From contig CALVZC010000004.1 of the NCBI GenBank assembly GCA_944372425.1, positions 6,522-70,521 on the forward strand: 64,000 bases of DNA, in the 5' to 3' direction. Shown here in pieces: positions 56,675 to 64,000 of this stretch (positions are counted from its first letter, which is position 1; each line of letters begins with the position of its first letter). The notes beneath the pieces were generated by a model, which saw nothing but the letters and a program-made list of their open reading frames with translations, was not told the DNA's origin and ran no database searches. The DNA comes from an uncultured Bacilli bacterium (lineage in GTDB: Bacteria; Bacillota_I; Bacilli_A; RF39; UBA660). The position numbers and the translations under genes were made by a program.

Positions 56675-57777
56675 ACAATAAAGCGTTTACGGTCATTGAA
56701 TTAATTGTTAGTTTTGCTTTTGTTAGCGTTTTATCAATTAGTTTATTTGCAATAGTAATAAATTATAAAGAAAAAGAACAAGATGTTTCTATTGAAACTG
56801 AATTATTATCTTTTAAATCAAAAATGACTGTTGAAATTGAAAATGATATTCAAAAAAAAATATTAAAAAATATAAAGTATTGTACTACTTCAGCTGGTAG
56901 TATATCAAATAGATGTATTATTTTAAGTTTTATGGATGGCACAAGTAAAACTTTGGAAATAAAAAATGAAAAAGTGACTGAAAATGTGGAAGATTCAACG
57001 TTTACTTATGAAATTCCATACATTGTTTATGGTGGAATTCGTTATACACCTCCAGATGCTAATAGAATATTTATAAATAGTGATTATATGTTACAGTATA
57101 CTACAACATCTGACGATTTAGAAAATAACTTAGCTTTGTATAGAATAAAAATATCTTTAGAGCACACTGACATTGAAGATCCAATTGATATTTCTATAGT
57201 AGCTCTGGGAAATGAAAATACAAAAGATGAGTCTTCAAAAATATATAAAGCATATGATGTTGGAGATTTGGTGACTATTCAAATTAGCGGTACTCAGCAA
57301 TTGAATTTTTATGTAATACAAAAAAGTAGTGAATATAATTCAAACCTTGTTTTATTACTTGATACACCGTCATCTCTTCCAAATGAAATATTAAAGGAAT
57401 TATCTTACAATACAGTTAATAATGGAAATGTATATGAAAATTCTTTGATTTTTTCCCAAATACAGAAATTATATAATTTATGGACAACTCCTGATGAAAT
57501 TAGATTAATAAATGCTGAAGAATTAGGATATTTAGTTTATGCCTGCCCTAAATATATGCAGTCAGATGCGCCAGATTTAGATTTATCTTCTACTTATTCT
57601 TGGGTATATAATACTAGCTATTGGACTATGACACCAAAATTCTATACTAGTCACTACAATGGTTCAGAAGTATGGGTTGTCAATAGTAACAGCAAAAAAT
57701 TAATTTCGGCTTCTGTAGAAGAAAAGTATTTTTTAAGACCAGTAATCGAAATAAATAAAAGATATGTAACAAATTGA
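56668..57777 (+). CDS. large pseudopilin-like protein
   Basis: A GGAGGTG RBS precedes MLNNKA|FTVIELIVSFAFVSVLSISLFAIV (A at -1, F+1, E+5). It overlaps the preceding pseudopilin gene. The C-terminus reads ...YWTMTP...VWVVNSN...FLRPVIEI. Confidence 0.7.
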   Translation: MLNNKAFTVIELIVSFAFVSVLSISLFAIVINYKEKEQDVSIETELLSFKSKMTVEIENDIQKKILKNIKYCTTSAGSISNRCIILSFMDGTSKTLEIKNEKVTENVEDSTFTYEIPYIVYGGIRYTPPDANRIFINSDYMLQYTTTSDDLENNLALYRIKISLEHTDIEDPIDISIVALGNENTKDESSKIYKAYDVGDLVTIQISGTQQLNFYVIQKSSEYNSNLVLLLDTPSSLPNEILKELSYNTVNNGNVYENSLIFSQIQKLYNLWTTPDEIRLINAEELGYLVYACPKYMQSDAPDLDLSSTYSWVYNTSYWTMTPKFYTSHYNGSEVWVVNSNSKKLISASVEEKYFLRPVIEINKRYVTN

Positions 57778-57779
57778 TT

Positions 57780-58733
57780 TTATAGTATTTTACTAATTAT
57801 CATTATTAGCCAAAAACAAATTATACTTTGCGTTATTCTAGCTACTAAAAAATTTTTATATTTTATTTTGCTTGTTTCAATAATACTTTTGACTTGAAAA
57901 TGAATACTTAAACCACTAAAAGATATCATTGCACCAATAATAGCGGATTTTATATTTATACTTAAATTAAGTTTAGAAATATAATTAACACCTTGAGTCA
58001 TTTCTAATAAACCGCTAATTGTAGCTTTTAGTAATGGCGGAAAATAAAAAAGTTTATTTACTATAGTTGTAATCATTAAGAAAAACATTATTATGCCTAA
58101 CATGTTTATTAATATTTTGAAACTTTTCCATATAGCATTGATTAAAATTGTTATAAATGCTTCATTTTTCTTGAATAAGTAATTATCATACTCTTTAAGC
58201 TCTTTTCTATTATATACATTACATATTTTATTTTTTTTCTTATATATAAATGCTATTAATATATTGCTTAAAATATGCGAAAAAAGAATAATATATCCAT
58301 ATTTTATATTATTTAATAATAATATACCTATTGTTGATACTATAAACAAAGGGTTAGAATAATGAGTAAACATTATTAAATAATTAGCTTCTTCTTCAGT
58401 TAACAGTTTCTTTTCTAGTAAATCTTTAACATATTTACTACCACTAGGAAAACCAGAAAACAGACTAGTAAAAAATGCATAACTACTTTCTTTTGGAAGA
58501 TTAAAAAAAATTACCATGTATTTACCTAAAAAAGAGCTAATTAAATCTATGAATCCATATTCTATTAACAATTCAGATACTAGAAGAAAAGGGAAAAGAC
58601 TAGGAAGTAGATTGTCTTTCCAAAGTGAAATAGAAAAAATTATAGATTGAGATACTTCTTTAGAATAAATAAATATGAAAATAAAAAAAAACAATAATGT
58701 AGAAATAATTATTAATGATTCTTTTTTTTTCAT
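57780..58733 (-). CDS. YlbJ-like polytopic membrane protein (nucleoside-recognition/spore-maturation family)
   Basis: A..SISLWKDNLLPSLFPFLLVSELLIEYG matches the YlbJ N-terminal pattern (LW...V.PSLFPF). Multiple TM helices. Confidence 0.55.
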   Translation of the reverse strand: MKKKESLIIISTLLFFFIFIFIYSKEVSQSIIFSISLWKDNLLPSLFPFLLVSELLIEYGFIDLISSFLGKYMVIFFNLPKESSYAFFTSLFSGFPSGSKYVKDLLEKKLLTEEEANYLIMFTHYSNPLFIVSTIGILLLNNIKYGYIILFSHILSNILIAFIYKKKNKICNVYNRKELKEYDNYLFKKNEAFITILINAIWKSFKILINMLGIIMFFLMITTIVNKLFYFPPLLKATISGLLEMTQGVNYISKLNLSINIKSAIIGAMISFSGLSIHFQVKSIIETSKIKYKNFLVARITQSIICFWLIMIISKIL

Positions 58734-58776
58734 ATTTATCCTTCTTTCTGATATAATTATGTAAGGATGTGATTAT

Positions 58777-59802
58777 ATGTTCAGTAATATATATGAATGC
58801 ATAAAGAAAATATTAATTAGAAATTATAAATTTATTATTTTTATTATTTGTTTTACCATTATTGTAAATTATCCTGTTCCATATTATATTTTTACTTCTG
58901 GTGGTATAACTGATTTAAGTAGTCGTTTTGAAATAGAAAGCGCTACTGTTCAAAAAGGTAGTTATAATCTATCTTATGTAACAGAAATAAATGGTACCGT
59001 TTTAACATATCTTATGAGTTTTATTATACCAAATTGGGATTTAGTGGAAGTTTCTAATTATCAAATTAATTCAGCAGAATCGTTAGAAGATTTAGCAATT
59101 AGGGATAGGTTATCACTAGAAATAGCAAATCAGTCGGCAGTAAAAGTGGCATATGAAAAAGCTAGCAAAAAATTTAAAATAAATAAAGAAAATCTTTTTA
59201 TCGTATATACGGATGAATATTTAGATAGCACTGTAAAAATAGATGTTGGTGATCAAATATTGAGTGTCGATAATGTTGAAGTTAATAAATTTGATGATTT
59301 GAGTGACTATCTTGATAAAAAAGAAGTCGGAAGTAAAGTAACATTAACGTTAAAAAGAGAAAATCAAACTTTTACAACAGATGTGTTAGTGCATGATATA
59401 AATGGTAAAAAATCTACTGGGATAGGAATGTATATTATTTATGATTATGAAGTTGATCCTAAAATAAAATTTAATTTTACAAATAATGAAAGCGGTTCAT
59501 CTGCTGGGTTTATGACATCACTTGCAATATATGATACATTAATAGAAGAAGACTTAACTAATGGATTAAAAATAGCTGGAACTGGTACTATTGATTCCAA
59601 TGGAAATGTTGGAGAAATAGGAGGAGTAGAGTATAAGTTAAAAGGTGCCGTTAATGAGAAAAGTGATATATTTTTTGTACCTATGGGTAACAATTATGAT
59701 GAGTGTTTAAAAATAAAAAAAGAAAAAAAATATGATATAGTTATTGTTGGAATTTCTAAAATAGATGATGCAATTGAATATTTAGAAAATTTAAAAAATT
59801 AA
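58777..59802 (+). CDS. YlbL/SepM-type PDZ + Lon-like protease domain protein
   Basis: An N-terminal TM helix, a PDZ-like segment (VGDQILSVDNVEV...GSKVTLTLKRE) and a Lon S16-like C-terminus (ESGSSAGFMTSLAIYDTL...IAGTGTID..G.VGEIGGV..K). Confidence 0.75.
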   Translation: MFSNIYECIKKILIRNYKFIIFIICFTIIVNYPVPYYIFTSGGITDLSSRFEIESATVQKGSYNLSYVTEINGTVLTYLMSFIIPNWDLVEVSNYQINSAESLEDLAIRDRLSLEIANQSAVKVAYEKASKKFKINKENLFIVYTDEYLDSTVKIDVGDQILSVDNVEVNKFDDLSDYLDKKEVGSKVTLTLKRENQTFTTDVLVHDINGKKSTGIGMYIIYDYEVDPKIKFNFTNNESGSSAGFMTSLAIYDTLIEEDLTNGLKIAGTGTIDSNGNVGEIGGVEYKLKGAVNEKSDIFFVPMGNNYDECLKIKKEKKYDIVIVGISKIDDAIEYLENLKN

Positions 59803-59868
59803 AAACAACAATTGATTTATGTTTATAGTAATGATATTATATATATATAATAAAGAGGGGTATATGAT

Positions 59869-61293
59869 ATGAATGAATTAAAAGAGTTATATTCACATAT
59901 TGAAAATCCAATTGATAATAAAATAAAATGGAATAAAATACTAAATATTTATTCTACAGCAATTGACTTTGATGATTTTTTTTCAAAAGTAGTAGAAAAA
60001 AAAGAAGAAAATGAGTTTTATTTTGCAGAGGAAGATAAAGCTGATTTTTATTTAATGATGTGGTCAGAATTTAAAAAAAAGTTATTGTCTATTCCAATAG
60101 AACAGATAAAGAATAATATAATAAATAAAATATTCGATTCAGAAGTTTATGATGTAATTAAAAAATTAAATGAATTGGATAGCATTAAGAATTTTGAAAC
60201 ATTAAAAAATATTTTATCTGATAGAAATATTAGCAATTATTTTAGTAAAATATTTTATGAAAATAACAGTAATTTTATAATTTGTTCAGATTTTGAAAAT
60301 ATTCAAAATAAAAAAATGACAACTGTATTTACTGTTACTGTTCAAGCAGTTAATTTGTATAAATTTTTAAAAGTACTACTTCAAAAGATTTTTGCAAATG
60401 AAATACCATATATTTTAAAATATAATGAAAAAGGTTATGGAATAATTATAGAAATTTTTGTTGATATTGACAATTCTAAAAATATAGAATCAATACTAAA
60501 TATATTAAAAAAAGAAAATTATTCTTTTTTCAATGAAAACACTAATAATTTATTATATGGTAATGTAAATAAATGGATTAGTATTAGAACAGATTGTGAT
60601 AACTATTTGTCCAAAAGAAGCCATATTATTTTCGAGTCCATCGATAGAGTAGTCTACGAATATGTATTAAGACATCTTAATATTGTAGTATCTTATAAAG
60701 ATGGAAAAATGAGTTTAATAGAATATATAGCAAATAGTGTTATGGAAAAAATAATTACTAATATCTTAGAAAGCAATATTAAGACTAATAGCGAAATGTT
60801 TCAAGTAGTGAATAGTGATGATTTAGTAAAATTAAAAGAATATATTAGAAGTAAACTTCTGTTTAGTATAAATGATATTTTAAATGATAAGTTATATTTA
60901 AAAAATAACAATGAGAAAGTTAGTTTAGTGTTAAATTCTAATAAAACTATTGAAATAGATGTAAATAATTTTTTACAGTCTATTAGAAATTTAACTTTTG
61001 CACTAATATTAAAAGATAATACTTTAGAAAAAGCATTTAAAGTTAGAATAGAAAATGCTTGCTTTTATCATAAGATTGATTCAGATAAATTTTGTTTAGA
61101 TAATGAATTTTCTAAACAAATAAATTTTGATACAAGTCAATATAATAAATATAAAAAGCAGTTAGACGAAATACATGAAGAAATTTTTAAATTAAATAAT
61201 TTAGAAAATTTAATTAAGGAAAATACTACAAAAAATGAAAGAAAAGAAATTTTAGATAATATGCATGAGCTTTTAGATGAATTTAATACTTAA
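59869..61293 (+). CDS. hypothetical protein (474 aa, no recognised domain)
   Basis: Long ORF with a GAGGGG RBS, followed by a terminator. No motif I can assign with confidence. Confidence 0.5.
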   Translation: MNELKELYSHIENPIDNKIKWNKILNIYSTAIDFDDFFSKVVEKKEENEFYFAEEDKADFYLMMWSEFKKKLLSIPIEQIKNNIINKIFDSEVYDVIKKLNELDSIKNFETLKNILSDRNISNYFSKIFYENNSNFIICSDFENIQNKKMTTVFTVTVQAVNLYKFLKVLLQKIFANEIPYILKYNEKGYGIIIEIFVDIDNSKNIESILNILKKENYSFFNENTNNLLYGNVNKWISIRTDCDNYLSKRSHIIFESIDRVVYEYVLRHLNIVVSYKDGKMSLIEYIANSVMEKIITNILESNIKTNSEMFQVVNSDDLVKLKEYIRSKLLFSINDILNDKLYLKNNNEKVSLVLNSNKTIEIDVNNFLQSIRNLTFALILKDNTLEKAFKVRIENACFYHKIDSDKFCLDNEFSKQINFDTSQYNKYKKQLDEIHEEIFKLNNLENLIKENTTKNERKEILDNMHELLDEFNT

Positions 61294-61305
61294 AATTTAA
61301 ATTTT

Positions 61306-61344
61306 TCACCCTGCCTATTTTAATGATAGATAGGGTGAATTTTT
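61306..61344 (+). terminator. rho-independent terminator
   Basis: TCACCCT...AGGGTGA stem with inner CTAT/ATAG pairing, followed by TTTTT. Confidence 0.55.
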
Positions 61345-61492
61345 ATAAATACCAAAAACTTTGATAGACATCTATTAACATATATTTTATAAGATATTAA
61401 TTTAGGCATTATCATAGTAATAATTAAACATATCTTATATCTAATGTTAGATATGAAATAAAAAATCTTTTTTTTATTTTATAAAAATTGTT

Positions 61493-61580
61493 AACAAAAG
61501 AAAATTTTAGGATAAATATAAAAATAATGTCTTTAAATAAATGACAGAATAAGTATTATGAAAGTTGCCATTTGCTTAAA
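61493..61580. repeat. left copy of an ~88-nt imperfect inverted repeat
   Basis: The reverse complement of 61493-61580 aligns without gaps to 63137-63226, with roughly ten mismatches by eye. Confidence 0.7.
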
Positions 61581-61842
61581 TTACATTTTATTTTTTTTGT
61601 GATTATGATGTAATTACAATAAATAATAATTATTGGGTATCTTATTTTCTATTCACAAAATTTAATTTATTAATACACAAAATTTGTATATGATGATGTA
61701 CATATTAAGAAAAAATGTGATATATATGTATTAATAAAGTTTTCTTTAATTTATAAATTTTGCAAACAGAAAAATATTTAAATATGTTTTTTGATAATAA
61801 AAAATGAATGTGATATTATATAGCTCAAAGTGAGGTGCTGTT

Positions 61843-62833
61843 ATGTTCAAAAACTTAATTGATTTAGAAAAAGAAAGACGTGCTTCAAATATTCTAAGGG
61901 CAAGAGAAGAATCCGAAAAAAAGAAAAAAACAGCAAGCTAAAGAACAAGTAAAAAAGGAAAGGATAAATAATTACAATTTAGAGGAAATAAGTTGTTTAA
62001 TTAATATTATAGGAGAATTTAATAATATAAGAAAACTAAATATAAATAATATTTCTTTTAATGATAAGATATATGGCATTGAAAAAGAAAATGATAGTTT
62101 AATTATAAAATGTTCAGATGGTCGTTGTTTAAAATTAGAGATATATTCTTGTTCATGGAAAGAAAGTGATGGATATTTTAAAGAATGGACTTGTAATAAA
62201 AGTGTTGCTACATTTCAATATCTTCTTCCAAGTGGTAATACTTTATCTTTTACTAATGATAGTTGGTATTTCCCTATGAATTACAAATTTTTTAAAAAAC
62301 TTAATCCTTTTGAATTGGTAGATAATTTAAAAGTTAAATATTTACTTCCAAATAAAAATTGTATTATGCCTTATCTTCCATATTCTGAACCATCTTGGGA
62401 TTTTAATAACCTTGAAACATGTAATAGATATTTCAATTTTACATCAGATGGAATAATTTATTGCCAAAATTATTTAGTGTCAAGTGATGGGAAACAATTA
62501 TTATCTATTAATGGAAAAGCTGTTCCACCTTTAGATAAAGTAAAGCAATTTGATAAAGAACAAGAAAAAGAAAAACTTATAAAATTATTAGAAAGTGATA
62601 ATACAATTCATCCTTATACTAGATATGCATTATTAAATGCAATAAATAATCTTAATAATAAAGACGAAGATGCTAATAATATTTTAAAATTTTATAATGA
62701 GGCTATTCCTTTGTGTCAAGTAGTAGCAAATGCAAGAGAAGATTTAACTAATAATATATACAATTACCTTTTTTCCAAAAAAGAATTATTATTTCTAATA
62801 AAACCATTAGCACAAAAAATAAACAAAACATAA
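61843..62833 (+). pseudogene. hypothetical protein gene interrupted by a frameshift in tandem A7 tracts
   Basis: A GAGGTG RBS and ATG at 61843 give MFKNLIDLEKERRASNILRAREESEKKKKTAS*, stopping at 61939. The +1 frame is open from about 61925 to 62833 (...QQAKEQVKKERINNYNLEEISCL...; track ORF 62276..62833 is its distal part). Deleting one A in 61924-61930 fuses them. Confidence 0.45.
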
Positions 62834-62979
62834 TTGAAACGAAAAAGGCCAAAGATTTTGATAATTCTCCTGATAAACGTGCAAAAAAATTAATAAAAAG
62901 TTTATCAAAAGAAGATTTAGATGCATTAAAAAGACATATTAATGGCTAAATTGTATAATTTAGAAATATTTAAAAAAGT

Positions 62980-63020
62980 AATAGAATAAACAAAATTTAG
63001 TTATTGTTTATTCTATTTTT
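62980..63020 (+). terminator. rho-independent terminator
   Basis: A 13-bp stem AATAGAATAAACA/TGTTTATTCTATT followed by a T-run. Confidence 0.6.
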
Positions 63021-63136
63021 AGTAATACTTAGTAAAATATAATATATATTTATATTTTAAAGTAATGCAAGATAAATAGGATATTTAAAATACTAAATTT
63101 AGTAATCTAATCGTTATAAACATTAGATAAGAAATG

Positions 63137-63226
63137 CTTAAGCAAATGACAACTTTCCTCATATCTATTCTGTCATTTATTTGAAGATATTATTTTTATA
63201 TTTGTCCTAAAATTTTTTTTGTTTTA
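63137..63226. repeat. right copy of the ~88-nt imperfect inverted repeat
   Basis: See the left copy (61493-61580). Confidence 0.7.
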
Positions 63227-63410
63227 ATATGTCAAATAAACTTCATAGAGTATTATTAGAAAAAATTGATTATAGCTTTTGTAATATATTAAAATTATTT
63301 AAAATATGCGTTATTTGTGTAATTATAAAAATAAATTGATTATCTTGATTTTAAGTAATATGTATGTTAGAATATGCAAACAAAGGTGATACCGATTATG
63401 GAGAAACTTA

Positions 63411-64000
63411 ATGATAGTGAATTGGCAAAAATTTGAAAGTTTAATTATTATTGCAACTAGGCTTTTAGGTAAAGATTATATGAATGGCATAATGGAAATG
63501 GAAAAATTTACATTACAATTAAGTGATATTATTGAGCATGATTTTATAACTGATATTTCTGATTTACTTGAATTAAAATTTTCATTAAGTGAAAAATGTA
63601 GAAGTGATATGATGAAAAAATATCCAGAAATATTTTCAAAATTTGAGGAGGCTATGTTATTCTATACATACTGTGAAAAATGTACAAAAGAGGATAATAT
63701 TTCAATTAATTTTAGTAATGGGAATCCAAATATTATATATAATGTTTATTCTAGCATTTCAGAAAAAGGAAAATCCGAGTCTTATATTTTTACAGATGGG
63801 AATATTATTCCCGTGTATTGTGATGGAAATGATGTTATTAGTGAAAATTTAGGAGAAATGGTTGAAGTTGAAGGAGCAACATATGTTATATTATCAAAAT
63901 ACTGTGATAGAAAGTTAGATAGTATAAGTATTAAAACTATAATGTTTGATTCTAATTATTTTATCGAGCAAATCACAAAAATAAAAAATGGATTGGATTA
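63411..64000 (+). CDS. hypothetical protein, 5' part (runs off the right edge)
   Basis: The frame is open from the ATG at 63411 (GGAG seven nt upstream) to the window end: MIVNWQKFESLIIIATRLLGKDYMNGIMEMEKF.... It is absent from the track because it has no stop in the window. The track ORF 63643..63852 lies in another frame inside it and is probably spurious. Confidence 0.5.
   Translation, partial: MIVNWQKFESLIIIATRLLGKDYMNGIMEMEKFTLQLSDIIEHDFITDISDLLELKFSLSEKCRSDMMKKYPEIFSKFEEAMLFYTYCEKCTKEDNISINFSNGNPNIIYNVYSSISEKGKSESYIFTDGNIIPVYCDGNDVISENLGEMVEVEGATYVILSKYCDRKLDSISIKTIMFDSNYFIEQITKIKNGLD

Noticed and set aside
63398-63436. A possible frameshift at an A5 run joining ATG 63398 (MEKLNDSELAKI*) to the long downstream frame
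   Set aside because: The long frame has its own ATG at 63411, with GGAG seven nt upstream, so no frameshift is needed. Both starts remain possible, but the simpler model was adopted.
1-64000. CRISPR arrays, prophage or integrative element boundaries, transposases, and rRNA genes
   Set aside because: No regularly spaced direct repeats were seen, and none of the recognisable ORFs is an integrase, transposase or phage structural gene. The only stable-RNA gene is one tRNA-Met. This is a by-eye scan, so short degenerate arrays could have been missed.

Overview
Very AT-rich, low-GC Firmicutes-type chromosome segment. Gene content suggests a spore-former or a relative of one (yqfC/yqfD, ylbJ, SpoIIID-like and YjcZ-like genes), but taxonomy is inference only. 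Most of the window is housekeeping sequence. It contains the glmS 5' end with its ribozyme, T-box-controlled thrS, a short dcw block (mraZ-rsmH-ftsL-pbp), def and recD2. It also contains two-component systems, yvcK, a U32 peptidase, rsmD, rnhC, rnj and rpsU-yqeY. The yqfC-yqfD-ybeY-dgkA-cdd-era-yqzL-recO block follows, then murE, lepA-hemW and tmk, plus one tRNA-Met. The standout is a chromosomal diversity-generating retroelement (DGR) at about 11.1-15.4 kb. A 142-bp variable repeat at the 3' end of a 668-aa gene differs from a downstream template repeat at 15 positions, and every one is an adenine in the template. The repeat pair is followed by a MutS-domain-I-only ORF, an Avd-like four-helix-bundle ORF and a DGR-type reverse transcriptase. 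The diversified protein carries a canonical prepilin (type IV pilin) N-terminus, so the DGR appears to diversify the tip of a pilus or pseudopilus subunit. A GspE/PilB-type ATPase and three more pseudopilin-like genes are scattered elsewhere in the window. Other oddities are listed as findings. A group-1-like sigma factor has a roughly 300-aa C-terminal extension and an in-frame TGA near its best start. Several genes are broken at A7 homopolymers or by single nonsense codons, which could be real or assembly error. An 88-nt imperfect inverted repeat pair brackets a 1.5-kb orphan gene segment at the right end. No CRISPR array, integrase, transposase or phage structural genes were seen. All calls come from reading the sequence and from remembered family motifs; no database search was possible.
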